DNA of 64,000 bases, taken from assembly GCF_037042905.1 (NCBI RefSeq), contig NC_087250.1, forward strand, positions 4,838,001 through 4,902,000, written 5' to 3'. The first letter of the stretch is position 1, and every line of letters starts with the position of its first letter. The notes under the pieces are model-generated. The model was not told the DNA's origin. It worked only from the letters and a program-made list of their open reading frames with translations, and made no database searches. This document shows positions 1 through 14,075 of the stretch, one piece after another. This DNA is from Lytechinus pictus. Lineage: Eukaryota. A program made the translations under genes and the position numbers.

Positions 1-410
1 ATCCACTCACTATTTCTTTTGTATTCTATCACATGAAATATAAAATATTCTAATTTTCTCCTCATTGTCAAGTGAAACAACGATTGATTCTTCCATGAAC
101 ATGTGGAACTAGCATTGCTGAAAACTATATGATTCAGTCAAGTTGGTCCCTATTGTCGAATGTGTAAAAAATGAAATATTGTATAATTCAAACAATAAAA
201 AAAACAAAAGAAATAGTGAGTGACGGACATCATTGACTGTCTCATTTGCATGTCACTGAGTTGTGCATCACTGTTTTGTGAAAAATAAGTGAAACTTTTA
301 AATGTCATAACTTTCTTATTTTACATCCGATTTTGATGACATTTTCAGCGTTAGTTTTTTATTTTTCTCTATTTATTCAAATTAACATTTTTCTGGGGTG
401 GACTTGTCCT
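1..410. mobile_element. TTAA-target (Kolobok/T2-like) MITE, right part
   Basis: Ends GGGGTGGACTTGTCCT-TAA; body homologous to 9183-9774. Confidence 0.8.
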
Positions 411-570
411 TAAGGGCTTTTGACAAAAGATTCTCAACGTCCCAGAAAGCGTCTGCGATAACTCATTGTTATTATAACTCATTGCTATTTTTTTAATATA
501 TAGATTAAAAGATAAAAACAAATTTATAAAATTATAAAACAAATTTGTTAAATTTTGCGAAGGCTTTATA

Positions 571-810
571 CACTGCAAAAACTCCGGTGTTGATTTAACA
601 CAAGCATGGAAACTATATATGTCCACACCAGAGAAGTGTTAAACAACACCAGTTTCGTCTTGGTCTAACACCAGATAGGTGTTTATACAACACCAATTAG
701 TATTAAAACAGCATCGGTTTGATTCCAAACTGGTATTGTTTCATACTTCTCTGTTGTGGACGTATATAGATTCCGGGCTGGTGTTAAATCAGCACCGGAG
801 TTTTGCAGTG
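571..810. mobile_element. TA-flanked MITE with CACTG termini and AACACC subrepeats
   Basis: TA|CACTGCAAAAACTCCGGTG...CACCGGAGTTTTGCAGTG|TA; paralog at 23392. Confidence 0.85.
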
Positions 811-2609
811 TAGGGGCAGGCCTACGTTTCCATTTGTTACACTTCTTCCGGTGGTACCCACGTCAATATTGAGTATGTGGGTGAAAAGTGGAATTATAAA
901 TGCATCACTTGACATTTTCGTACTAATCTTGCAGCCTAATTTGTGTTAAGCCCGTTTTCTTGTGGAAAACATGAAAAAAAATGAATAAGGAAAAGGGATG
1001 TGTTATCTCAATAGTGTAGGCGCTAACTTCATCGATAATTTCGCTTGAATTGAATAGGCCCACATTTGATTTACCTGATGTCATTTGCAAAAGAGAATAC
1101 AGTTTGGACGCAACGCAACGCAAAAACAAAATTAAAAACACAAATAAAAAGTAATCCCCGAATGAGTGCGTTTGATTGGTTGAAAATCAGGCTGAGTTGA
1201 TTTTAAGTGTTGCATTTGATTTCGACTCTTTTAGCAACCGGGGCCCGGGTATGTGTTAAGTGACTGATTGTTGTAACTTGCACTATTTTTTATTCATTCA
1301 TTTATTCTGTCTTATTCACCCTGAGGGCCGTTAAATAGGTTTATTTCCAATTTGTCGAATGCCAATTCGTCCAATTGCCAACTCGTCTACTACCATGTAG
1401 TCTACCATCGGCTCGTCCACTATCCACATGGTCTAATTGCCAATTCGTCAACTCACAATTACGTCTAATATCCAGTTGGTCCAAGAACCATTTTGTCCAT
1501 ATACCATTTGGTCTAATTAGACTAAGTTTATCATGAAAGGAATGTCAGACGTTTTATCCGACAAGTCCCGTTTCATCCGACAGTTACCATAGTAACAGTG
1601 CTTCTCAGCCAATCAGAATATAATATAATAATAATCATATTTACCCATGGAAGCCACTTCAGTTAGACTGAAAACTGTTCTCCCAGCGGGCCCTGAGAAA
1701 CTCTATTCTTACTGTATTTCTTTCAACATGGTGCAATCACCTAAATTCCTATCTTGTTGATTCTGATTAAGTGTCCAAATTCGATATGACACCATATTCA
1801 TGTATTTTTAGAATTATCTCTTTTTATTCTTATGTATTTAACTGTATCTATTTATATATTCTTATTATCAACTACTGGCCAATATCTATATCCAATGGTG
1901 TTTCAATAATTCAATATTTCAATTTTTCAATATTTCAATAGCATTTTCATTAATTGAAGTTTAAATCTCAGGGGGTTGTATTCAACATGTTAAGTGCAAT
2001 ATAATTAATAAAATTGAATAAATATATGCTGTATTTCTTGCCAAGATACTACAGTACTTTCAATTTTCAATTATTTATTGCAATTTATACAATCTCATAC
2101 CGAATCGCACGACAAAGCCAACCAAAGTTAATTTAGATAATTGGTCAGCATATTCCCTTTCTGTTATTCGATTTCTTACCTTTTAATGCAGTGTATTTAT
2201 TACCCTATTGTTTGTATGATTTTATGTTTTGATTATGAGTAATTGAACATTTTGTTATATCATGTAACTTTGAATGAAATTTTATGCTATGTTTTTTCGC
2301 ATGAAAATACTACAGTGGATACACCTGGATGGTGTATGGGTTAGGGCGGTCCGCGGACTATAGTTATTTGGTTAACTTTGCCCAATGCCTGGCAGCTCAT
2401 CCAGGTGAATCCAGTGTTTAATTTTTTGTGTGTTACTGTATTATTGTAACAATTATTTTTTATCATTGTATTTGACTTGCTTGATATTCTGCCGAATAAA
2501 ATAATAATAATAAAATAATAATCTGCTATTATTATAGAATCAAGGAAAGTTGTGCAGATCTGACAACTTGTCGGACGAATTAATGTCGTTGATACGCTTC
2601 TTCTGATGG

Positions 2610-3350
2610 TAAGTTAATAAGGGTGACTTTAAGAACGACTGGTGATCCTTCCTTGTGGTAAATGAGTTTCACTATTTAATGTTCATTGGTGATTATTAAG
2701 CGCGTAAGAAAGGTTCACCATTCGTTCTTAAAGTCGCTCTTAACTTACGAACAGCTTTATGAAACGGCCACCATACACGGTAAAGACGCTGTTTAAGATT
2801 TTATACAACGCTGTTTACTATATGAACCTTACAGTATTTGTTTAACCGTTTAAAAAATCATGTTTAATTTATTGAAAATCAGATATTGAAAATTAAACTT
2901 TGTTGCTTAAGATTTAAACACTTGTTTAAACTGTTTAAACAATTACTGTAAGGTTCATATAGTAAACAGCGTTGTATAATTTTTTTACTGTGTAACCTGG
3001 TGGGTGTTTCATAAAGCTGTTCGTAAGATAAGAGCGACTTTAAGAACGACTGGTGATCCTTTCTTTTCGTAAATGATATACACCCATAGGCGATGTTTTA
3101 GCGCGTAAGAACTGATCACCAGTCGTTCTTAAAGTTGCTCTTAACTTACGAACAGCTTTATGGAACAGCCCCCAGGGCTCCGTAACACAAACATGACAAA
3201 CATGACAAAGGTTAGCGATTTAATCGCTAAATGAACTGACCTATCAATACCTTCGTTGCATGCGCAATTTTCTCAATTGACTGACTAGGAACCAATCAGA
3301 ATCGTTCTTTCAAATTAGCAATTAATCGCTAATCTTTGTGTTACGGAACC
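2610..3350. mobile_element. Four abutting MITEs (Harbinger-like partial 2610-2772; TA-type 2776-2992; Harbinger-like 3000-3172 and 3176-3349)
   Basis: Each is a short inverted-repeat element; CTG/CAG trinucleotides at junctions; 2610-2772 and 3000-3172 share the TTTCATAAAGCTGTTCGTAAG TIR. Confidence 0.8.
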
Positions 3351-3432
3351 AGGTTAGTTCCTTCAGTTTACTACACTGCTAGAGCCATGTACAGTTATAC
3401 AATACATGGAGAATAATAAAATAGAACAACAT

Positions 3433-3848
3433 GAAGAGTTTGTTTGCAAAAGGGGTCAGATCTACTTTAGACCATTCCGAGAAAGTGATGTTTTTTACTC
3501 TCCCGTATTGCAATATTCTTATGCGAAACGTAATTGTCATGATACCCTAATAATTATGTGAATATAAAATTGGGTATAAGAGAAATCTGCCTGTTTTCAT
3601 ATTTTTTAGGTATTTTTTCTCTCCAAAAATTACCTTTGATGATCTAGCCCCTTTTGCAAGCAGATTGAAATGGATCTAATCCCTTTTGAAAAAAGGTCCT
3701 TTTTCTTTGCCATTTTGGTTCACTTTTAAATGGAAATTTCAAGTTTTCTTTGGTATCTTGTTGTAGAGCTAATACAAATTAATCCATTGAGACAAAAAAT
3801 AATCAGTTAATGAAAATTGATTATACCTCTTTTGCAATTGGGCTCTTC
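3433..3848. mobile_element. Sola-like MITE, 14076 family, uninterrupted
   Basis: GAAGAGTTTGTTTGCAAAAGGGG...TTTTGCAATTGGGCTCTTC; TSD not intact. Confidence 0.7.
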
Positions 3849-3971
3849 TATAGTAAACTATATAGCATTACAAAAATGTAAATAGTAGTAGAGGACAGTA
3901 GTAGCCTATTACACGTTACAATCCGCGAAGGATTAAAACACACAATGAACAGCTGCAATATGGTGTCATTG

Positions 3972-4428
3972 GTGAAAAGTTTGTTGTAGAAATAGCAGAA
4001 AAAATCATTTAAAAAAATACATATTGATGAATTAAGGTTTGAGAAAAATCAATTAGAGTTTTTTGTGACGTCATAAATGAGCAGATGCCTCAAATGTTAT
4101 TTGTATTATATATAAATTGCACAAATTTCCTTTTATTAATGGTTATTGATCACTCATTTTCTTATTTTATTTTCAGGAGCTGGTGTGAAATGATCAGCGT
4201 ATTGATACACTGAAGGTGTAATAAACACCAATTTCAATTTTCTGAGAAAAATGAAATTTCATTGATTTTTTTACCATACGATATGTAGGAAAGCTGCTCG
4301 CATATGACGTCACAAATGAAACAATTAACATTCTAATAATTTGTTTGTTCTTTGATGGATTCCTCTCAAACTGCAAATATTTGTTTATTATTTTTACAAT
4401 AAACGTTTTGTAAAGGCAAACCTCCCCT
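3972..4428. mobile_element. TTAA-target MITE, 46581 family, partial
   Basis: Shares the AAATAGCAGAAAAA...TTTGTGACGTCATA and GCTGCTCG...TGACGTCACAAA blocks; ends CCTCCCCT|TTAA. Confidence 0.7.
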
Positions 4429-4556
4429 TTAAGAACGAATCGAGGTCTTATCCTTATTTGTGTTAAGTTAAAGAAATAAAGTATACTAAAAAGAGCATAT
4501 AAATTGATACTGAAACATAGATAACACAATAATTTAAAATAATAACATAATTAAAA

Positions 4557-4685
4557 ATGATGGTAATGATTATGATGATGGTGGTGATGATGATGGTGAT
4601 GATGATGATGATGATGGTGGTGATGATGATGATGATGATGAAGAAGAAGATGATGATGATGATGACGCCTGCGATGATGACGATA
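4557..4685. repeat. (GAT)n microsatellite
   Basis: Directly visible. Confidence 0.95.
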
Positions 4686-4939
4686 AAGGTAGTAATACTG
4701 ATAGGCCTAATAATGAAGGTGAAGATAATATCAATCTTTCTTCTTTCTCTGTTTGAAATGATACAATGGACATATAGTGAACACCGTAGCCAAGTAGACT
4801 CAAACGATACGCCATCCATATTCTGGCAAAAAAAAACACCTTTTAGTTTGCTATAAAAAAAAAAGTCGTATGCATAAGTGAATAGCTCAAAACAATGAAA
4901 ATTCATAAAACTTAATTAGTCGATGAAATAACAACTTAC

Positions 4940-5245
4940 CTTATTTAAATTGACGATGATGCAGAAATCAACAAATAGTTCTACTAAAGTAGGAAAAGTG
5001 AGGAAAAGCACCGCAACTGACTTCCGCTAATACCCGAAGTGTCGAAACGTTACTTGAAATCAAATAAGGAAAAATACTATGCCTGTATATTCATTTCGGT
5101 GAATAAATGCTGTTTCGAGAGAAGTTGAGCTCATTTTAATTTTCAGTAGACAACACCCTTCAAATTGATCGACTGCGACATTCCAAGGGCTCCTTGGACG
5201 CGGGGTTGTGAACGGTTCCTCTCCCTCTCTCTTGCTTGTATCCCA
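4940..5245 (-). other. Candidate non-coding first exon of a minus-strand gene extending leftwards
   Basis: Perfect minus-strand donor AAG|GTAAGT (plus-strand ACTTAC 4934-4939); CpG-richer unique sequence at 5170-5330; TATAA-like element near 5270. No product identifiable. Confidence 0.35.
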
Positions 5246-5754
5246 AACGCGGGGCATCGATCGTCTGCTTATAAACGGCGCTTTTCTGCGCGGTGGGAAA
5301 GTTATCGTTGTACGCATGCGCATTAAACTGTCAATCAGAAACTCTTCAATTACTGCAATCACGTATGACTGTAATGCATGCCAAGTCACAACAACAACGC
5401 CGATGTCTTTTGTTTTGTAGTAATATTTGTTATTCATTCACTCCAAATAAAATTTATACATACATGATATAGAAAATATCATACAAAATAATATAACAAA
5501 TTATTTGCAGCTGTGAATACACAAATCAAATGACATTATAGACAATTGGAGAATAAACATATGAGATAAACTGTATCAGGAAAATCATACAAAAATAATA
5601 TTTCCAATTACTACTGAATGCAGCTCAAGCATTAAAAAAAAACTACGCAAACTGAATGAATGAATGTATTAATAATATGCATTCTCCCGCCCCAAGAATC
5701 CCCCCCCCCCCTACACAATCAGACACCGATGCTGAACACACTAACACACACACA

Positions 5755-6013
5755 GGTCGTGTGGTTCAGTGGTTAGAGCATTGGACTCATAATTGCAAGG
5801 TTGTGAGTTCGAATCCCTACTCTGCCATTGTCTCCACTTTGTAAAAAAGGCCCTAGAGTAATATATGTCTTCTATAAAGTCAGCCACTATGACTGATTAA
5901 CCAAGACGTAAAATGTTTCCTAGGTAATTTGTTATAAACCAGCTTGGCGTTTACCAGCAAAACGCTGTCCTGCCGAGTTCCTAACGGGAGTTACCATAAA
6001 CAGAAACAGAAAC
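5755..6013 (+). mobile_element. tRNA-derived SINE (CAT anticodon-like head)
   Basis: A box TGGTTCAGTGG, B box AGTTCGAATCC; stems pair poorly; ~190-bp body and (AAACAG)n tail. Confidence 0.75.
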
Positions 6014-6935
6014 TAACAACAACAACAAAACAGGAGAAATAGACAGGAAAAAAAAACGCGATATCGTTTTCGTTGGCGTTGCTGTAGCTAATTCACTATA
6101 ATAAGCCAGTTCACGGTTAGCTCATGATCAACTTTTCTCAAATGACCTTTGTGATTTTTCATTAGGATAAGCACTATCATTTTCAAATGTAGATGTTGCG
6201 TAAGCTTTACCGGTAGAGTATTCAAATTCTAAGAACAAAAGGCATTGTATAGACCAGGTGACTAGAATAGTACATCAGGGATAAAGTTTGGAAATCTGTT
6301 TTATTGTCTGCCTTTGGCACATTTGACTATATTGTTTAGGCTACTGTCAAATACCAGTGATTATGAAGGCTCTATTTATTACTCTTCAGCTTGGATGTGA
6401 TAAATATTTTGAAAGGAATGCATGAATAATCATCAAATCACAAATGCCTATGTCAGTGAATTTGAAAGCCACCTTCATGGTTGTCTCCAATGACCTTTTT
6501 CTGCTCGTGCGCAGTTTACAACCGTGAACAGGCTAATTCCATGCAGCTTGAAATGCCCAGGTCACACGAGATCCAGATCCGACCAAAGGTTTCATGTTAT
6601 TTCCAATGCAACATAATCAGTTGGTATGGAGTCGGAATCGTCTGTGTGACTTGGGCAGCATTGACAGAATTCTTTGGGAGTCGCCTTGTAACATTCAGAT
6701 GTTCGCTACTTAATTGCCTAGCCAATCAAAATCAAGGATTTGACGGTGAGGTTCAGATAATGGCAATGTATTTTGTCAGATTATAGTGATGCCGGCTTCG
6801 CGAAACGGCCGTGCCTAGATGTGTAATTGAAAATGTAATTTGTCACTAATATAAAATGCAAAACGTTTGAGAGACATCTAGTCGGCCTATGCAAAGGCAT
6901 ACATCTCTGCGATTTTCTTTCCGTTTATGCTTTAA

Positions 6936-7515
6936 AGGGATGGTCCGGGCTGAAAGTATTCATAGCTTAATAAATTTAGCAGAATTCACTGAGCAAAATG
7001 CCGAAAATGTCATCAAAATCGGATAACAAATAACAAAGTTATTGAATTTTAAAGTTTAGCCATATTTTGTGAAAACAGTCGTCATGAATATTCATTAGGT
7101 GGGCTGATGATGCCATATCTCCACTTGTTCTTTTGTATTCTATTAAGAAATTAGGTTCATTCAATTTTTTTCCAGAAAGAACTAGAAAAACTGGATTGAC
7201 AACTGAATAGTGCATTATATATTTATTGCTGCAACTTATTTCATTATAAGGGAGACATATTATTCACACAAGTATGAAATAATGAAATAATTATGATTTT
7301 ATGTAATAACATAAGAAAACGGAAAGTGGGGATGTGACATCATCAGCCCACCTAATGAATATTCATGACGACTCTTTTCATAAAATATTACCAAACTTTA
7401 AAGTTCAATAACTTTATTATTTGTTATCCGATTTTGATGAAATTTTCGGCATTTTGCTCAGTGAATTCTACTATATGCATTAAGATAATAAATATTTTCA
7501 GCCTGGACCATCCCT
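6936..7515. mobile_element. TTAA-target (Kolobok/T2-like) MITE, full length
   Basis: TTAA|AGGGATGGTCCGGGCTGAAA...TTTCAGCCTGGACCATCCCT|TTAA; arms of roughly 200 bp. Confidence 0.9.
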
Positions 7516-7711
7516 TTAAGCGCCATCTTATCCGGGGTCTTTTTTTTCCACGTTTATCAGTTTAAGACATTTCATGCATTTATAGGAAGTAGTTAAATCC
7601 GGCATTTTGTCGTTATACCTACTCGGATTGCATTTCTGTAGTGAAGCATCTTTTTGTATATCGCATGAATGTTGAGTGTCTCATATAATAATGACAAAGG
7701 AAGGATATTGA

Positions 7712-8012
<301 letters not shown>

Positions 8013-9182
8013 GACAGATAGACCGGTTCGTCTTCAGACTAGTTACCAAAAATGAAATAAAATAAATCTCTCCGTCAGTCCGTTTTGTCATCTTGCGCCC
8101 CCTCCATTTTTTCGAAGTCACCTTTCAAATAATAACCCTTCTATCAGCAGTGATTTTATCACGAAAATCATGTTCGAATGTCATTAAGCTTGGTCGATGA
8201 AGAAAATACTAATTCCTTTTAAGCTATTTAACCTAATTCCTGAGCCACTTACGCACCTTGACATATAGCCTTATCGATGGGATTATCGGTGAGCGGTGTT
8301 TCGATGTGGTAGGATGACTGGAACGCCGTGTGCGGCACTCTTCATATCTTAAGCTTTTTCGTAACATTTCATTAACTTTCGTTAGCAGAATCTTTGTCGT
8401 CACTAAATAACGCTCGTTTTTTATGTTGGCATTTTTCATTTTTTTGGGGGAAATGCATGGATACAACACTTAATGGTTTAACTTACATATCACTGACTTG
8501 AAATTAAAAAAGTTGAAACTGATTACAAAGAAAATACGGTTTTTTATTATATGTCACGTGATTGATGACGTTTTTTTATCCCTGTACCATAATACGTTCG
8601 GGGGAGCCACTTCCTTTCAAAGATGCATGTACAACATGATTGTCCAAGAAAACTCGTAAAGCCGGTTTAAGTTTCATCGTCGGGCGATATCTATGCGTAC
8701 AAAAGAATGGATATCAATAGCAACTAATTTATTATTCTTTATTTTCAATGAATACTCAGGCGTTGTTGTTTTTAATAGGTTTTCTCATAGTGTAAACAAC
8801 GTCCCCCGGGTACAGAGGTTTTGTTGCTCTCGGGTACTTTCCGATTTGAGAATTATCTTGTTCGTTTTGATCATCGTACACGTTTTTTATTCGGAAATAT
8901 TCGGAAAAGAAAACGCAGCTATATTTAGTGCATCACATATGTGCACACTGCATATCGCATATGTGGGTCATCATTGACATTGTTCGCCGTATTATTCAGG
9001 GTGATTGGTAAGTGAAAAGTCCGGTCGTGTGACCTTACTTCGCGTGTGACCATATTTCGTGGACGGTCGTATATCTCAGAAAGTACTTAATATCGTGAAA
9101 ATCTGATATCACTACCAGAAAAAGCGGTCAAAAATCATCCTGTAGTGAAAGTTTCTAGTTGATAAGATTGGAATTTGTTTAA

Positions 9183-9774
9183 AGGTCAAGTCCACCCCAG
9201 GAAAATGCTGACTTGAATAAAAAGAGAAAAATCAAACTAGCATAGTGCTGAAAATTTCATCAAAATCGGATGTAAAATAAGAAAGTTATGACATTTTAAA
9301 GTTTCGCTTATTTTTCACAAAACAGTGATATGCACAACTAGGTGAGTCAGTTGATGATGTCTATCACTCACTATTTCTTTTGTTTTTTATTGTTTGAATT
9401 ATACAATATTTCATTTTTTGTATAGATTTGACAATAAGTACCAACTTGACTGAACCATATAGTGTTAAACAATGCTAATTCCACAAGTTCAGGGAGGAAT
9501 TAATCGTTTTTCACTTGACAATGAGGAGATAATTAGAATATTTCATATTTCATATAATAAAATACAAAAGAAATAGTGAGTGGATGACATCATAGTCTCC
9601 TCATTTGCATACCAGCCAGGATGTGCATATAACTGTTTTGTTAAATTAAACGAAACTTTGAAATGTCATAACTTTCTTATTTTACATCCGATTTTGATGA
9701 AATTTTCAGTGTTATGCTTGTTTGATTTTTCTCTTTTTATTCAAATCAACTTTTTGTTGCGGTGGACTTGTCCT
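9183..9774. mobile_element. TTAA-target (Kolobok/T2-like) MITE, full length
   Basis: TTAA|AGGTCAAGTCCACC...GGTGGACTTGTCCT|TTAA; long imperfect TIRs. Confidence 0.9.
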
Positions 9775-11321
9775 TTAAGCTATGGCTAGGCGATTTTGCA
9801 GGCGCTCGCACCTGCCTCAGCCGATCCTTGCCCATGCGCCCTCCACTAACTTAGCACTTATAGCAGGCAGGGTAGGACTTTATCCTCAGCATCCTAACAT
9901 AGCTTCAAACCACTACCTCTCTCTAAAAAAACGCCCATTATCAACCACAATACAATCCATGAAATAAGCACAATTTCAACACAAAACAAAACCAAACAGC
10001 CTGTGTATCCATTGACATCTTTTATGATTGATAAGATATCGACGCATAAAGGATTTGGACATGTTCAAAACCACAACCCCCACCCCATGTGCGCCACAAA
10101 TTCTACACCCTACACATACTATAATAGCCCCCTTTCAGCTCACCAAACGCAACATATGTCATTCATATCTGGTTCCAAAATCCACTGGATCAAGAACTAT
10201 TAAAATACTCTTTGGCCCATGTTCTAGACTACGGTCAAACTCTGTGCTAAAATTATGGAAAGCCAAAAGTGTAAAGATTTCCTTATAATATGTTTCTCGT
10301 GTTTTACTGTGCTCTTTCCTAACTCTTGAATGGTGAAGAAAGCTATTTTATTTATCCCTCCGAAACAGTTAAGAAGGATTTGAGAGAAAAGTGAGCTGAT
10401 ACATTGAAATTATACTGTTAGAGATTTATGTTACTATTGGCTATCCATAGTTAACCCACAACTTTAAACCAGAGTTTGAATTAAACCCGGTTTCAGAATA
10501 CGGGCATTTGAATGGTATCCCTATTTATTTATTCATTTATTCATTTATTTTCTCATTCATTTAATGTTTCATCTTTTTATCTGCTTGATTTACATTTGTT
10601 TATTTTTCTTTCATTTATATATCCATTGTTCATTATACATGCAATTATGATTATGTATCCCGTGTAACAAAATTGCAGCAATGATCAACTTACACATTAC
10701 ATTTGGAGAGCTCAGTTACAAAAGGGGTTAGGTCCATTTTCCAACAAATCTTACTTTTTTTGTTTTTATCTCAGTGTATAGATTCTTAGTAGCTCTTTAA
10801 GATGATACCAAAGAAAAGTTTAAATTCCCATTGAAAGTGAAAAAAAATGGCAAAGAAAAATCACTTTTTTTCAAAAGGGGTTAGGTCTATTTCAGTTTGG
10901 TTGCAAAAGGGATTAGGTCTACAAATATTTTTTTTTTGGAAAAGAATATTTTAAAAAATATGAAGACACGTACATGTAGATTTCTTTTATACCCAGTGTT
11001 ATGTTCTCATGGTAGAGGGTATCATGAAATTTTAGTTTCGCATAAGAATATTGCAATATGGGAGAATAAAACAAATGATTTTCTTGGAGTGGACCTAGCC
11101 CCTTTTGCAACCAAACTCCTCTAAAAGAGCTTAATTGTCAAAAGGGGTTAGGTCCATTTTACATAGATTTTATTATTTTCTGTCTCAAAACCTATAGATT
11201 TTTTGCCGCTCTGATGATACCAAAGAAAATTTGAAATTCATCGGTATGTTAACATTGACATAAAAACTGTCATAATTATAGTCATCATCTTCATCATCAT
11301 CGTCATCATCATCATCATCGT

Positions 11322-12978
11322 CAGTGGCGTAAATACGGGGGGGGGGCATGGGGGTCACGTGCCCCCCCCCCCCCCCCCCATCGGCTGACAAAAAAAACGG
11401 GGAAAAGAGGGAGAAAGGAAGAGAAACATAGTGGGAAAGAAATTGTTATTCATTTTGTTATATTATATCATAATTATGTTATGTTATTTTACATAAGAAA
11501 CATTTTTATCATAACTTTATAAAACATAATTTGCTCAGGGCCTGTGTCTTCATTGTTCCTGGTGCTCGCATTGTCTGTTTAACGAGATGTATAATCCTGT
11601 TGTACTAAAACCCCCCCATTTTCGAATCAATATACACCAAATATATTTCCTTGCATTTCGAGTTATTATTGTTTAGTGACATATGCTTATTTTCCTTGAA
11701 GTGATTGTCCCATGTTAAGGTCTTAATATAAAACATTTCCTGTCCGTGATTACGTTCGCATTAGTGGATTGGTGAGATATGTGTGCTCTCCATGCCTTCC
11801 TAAAATCAGTCCTTAAAATGTCCCTTTTTCTGATCTAAATATCAAAAAATTTCAGCTCGTGCTTCGCGCTCGCAATATTTGATTAGTGAGATACGTATGT
11901 TTTTCTTGATTACAATCACTACAAGTGCTTCATGTGATTAGAAGTAATTCTTAAAAAAATCAGCAAGCGCTTGGCACTCGCATTAGTTGACTATGGTGAG
12001 ATATGTATACTAGTAATAATGACCTTAAAACCTCCGTTTGGGGTCAATATATCCAATAATTTCAGCTCGCGCTTCGCTCTCGCAATGTTGAGCGAGACAG
12101 GTACGTATCATGATTACAAAAATTTGATCATAATGCCCCTTTTTAGGTCTGAATATCAAAAAATTTCAGCTCACGCTTCGCGCTCGCAATATTTGATTAA
12201 TGAGATGCGTATGTTTTTCTCGATTACAATCACTACAAGTGCTTCATGTGTTTAGAATTAATTCTAAAAAAATCAGCAAGCGCTTGGCACTCGCATTAGA
12301 TAACTATGGTGAGATATGTATACTATTAATAATGACCTTAAAATCTCCGTTTGGGGTCAATATATACAATAATTTCAGCTCGCGCTTCGCTCTCGCAATG
12401 TTGAGCGAGACAGGTACGTATCATGATTACAAAAATTTGATCATAAATGCCCCTTTTTAGGTCTGAATATCAAAAATTTTCAGCTAGCGCTTCGCGCTCG
12501 CATTATTTGATTAGTGAGATGCGTATGTTATTCATGACTACAAGTGCTTCATGTGTTTAGATTTAGTTCTAACAAAGTCAGCAAGCGCTTGGCACTCGCA
12601 TTAGATGACTATGGTGAGATATGTATACTATTAATGGATTCCTAAAATATAGTCCTTAAAATCTCCCTGTTTGGGGTCAATATATACAATAATTTCGCAT
12701 TGTTTAGCGAGACAGGTACGTATCATAATTACAAAAATTTGATTATTATGTCCCATTTTAGGTCTGAATATATAAAATAAATTCAGCTCGAGCTTTGCGC
12801 TCGCATTATTTGATTAGTGAGATGCGTATGTATTGTTATTCATGATTATAATGACTCCTTGAAATGGTTCTATTAGGTCAGTATACCTGGCAAGTGAGCG
12901 CGCTTCGCACGCTCACTAAGAGACTAAAAACTTTTGCTGGTGCCCCCCCCCAATGCCGTGACCCACGGTACGCCACTG
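11322..12978. mobile_element. hAT-like non-autonomous element with internal tandem array
   Basis: TIR CAGTGGCGTA / TACGCCACTG; exact 8-bp TSD ATCATCGT; poly-G/poly-C subterminal tracts; internal ~315-bp tandem units. Confidence 0.85.
11830..12845. repeat. ~300-315 bp tandem repeat, about 3.3 copies
   Basis: Unit start GGTCTGAATATCAAAAAATTTCAGCTC recurs near 11831, 12146, 12460 and 12760; each unit has ~100-bp subunits sharing GCGCTTCGCGCTCGCA-like motifs. Confidence 0.9.
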
Positions 12979-13212
12979 ATCATCGTGGTGATGAAAAGGA
13001 GGTAGCTAGTGACGATGACGACGTCGATGAATGTCGGAGTCATGAAGTCTATCACGGATCATAACCATGCGTCGCCGTCTAACATAATAGACTCTTCGCT
13101 ATTTTCCTCATCCGTGCGTGTCAAATGACTCAATAATCGGATGAGACGATGTAAGATTAGACTATGTGGGACGAAATGGAAAAGACATTAGACAAATTAT
13201 ATCACATGTCTA

Positions 13213-13465
13213 CACTCTAAAAAAAAATCTCTTAACCAATATTTGGTAAAACGGGAACATGTGTGTTTGTTGGGTAAAAAGATACCAAATATTTTGTAAA
13301 TTTTACGCAATGTTGCGTTGAAAGTTACCCTTAAACCATGCATTTTACCCAATATATATATATATATATATTTTTTTTTTTTTGGGGGGGGGGGGTATCC
13401 AGCAAACATGCATGTTCCATTCCTACCCAATATTGGGCAATTTTTTACTCGATGTTTTTAGAGTG
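13213..13465. mobile_element. TA-flanked MITE (CACTCTAAAAA termini)
   Basis: TA|CACTCTAAAAA...TTTTTAGAGTG|TA; CCAATATT(T)GG subterminal palindromes. Confidence 0.75.
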
Positions 13466-13751
13466 TACTGCTTTGCTCCAACTAGGCCAGGACAATACCA
13501 ATCAAAAATATAAATCCAAAAAGAAACAAAAACGATACAAATTTATACATCTAATGAATATATAAACGAAAACATACATCGAAATATTTATTGTTGGTGG
13601 GAATTTATCTTGTTTGTGTTTTTTTAAGTGAAGGGCTTTAACTCGAATTTGTAGAAAAGATTACGGGACTATTTGAAAATGGAATATTAATCGCATGTGT
13701 ACCCACGCACGATTACCGGTTAAAGCATGCACTGTAAAATACAAACACTTT

Positions 13752-14062
13752 GGCCCGTATTCTGAAGTCAGGTTTAACTTAGACTCAGGTTTAAAGTTGT
13801 GGTTTAAGTATGGGAAGCCAAAAGTATCATTTTCTTTATTAGGTTGTGCGTTTCTTATGTTTACTGTGCTCTTTCCTGATTCATCGATGGTGAAGACAAT
13901 AATCTATACATACTTCCTAGACAATTATGAATGATATGAGAGCCAAATGAGCTGAAATATGATATCTCTACCGTTACTAATTTATGTAACAATTGGCTGT
14001 CCATACTTAAACCACAACTTTAAACCTGAGTTTAAGTTAAACCCGACTTCAGAATACGGGCC
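13752..14062. mobile_element. PIF/Harbinger-like MITE
   Basis: GGCCCGTATTCTGAAGTC...GACTTCAGAATACGGGCC with 3-bp TTT flanks; older copies at ~10214-10505 and ~60260-60590. Confidence 0.8.
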
Positions 14063-14075
14063 TTTGGAAAGAAAT

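Noticed and set aside
4463..4906. Poly-Met/Ile/Ser ORFs
   Set aside because: Translations of the (GAT)n microsatellite.
5755..5828. tRNA-Met-like gene ending in CCA
   Set aside because: Acceptor and anticodon stems pair poorly, there is no oligo-T terminator directly after it, and it runs into a SINE body and tail.
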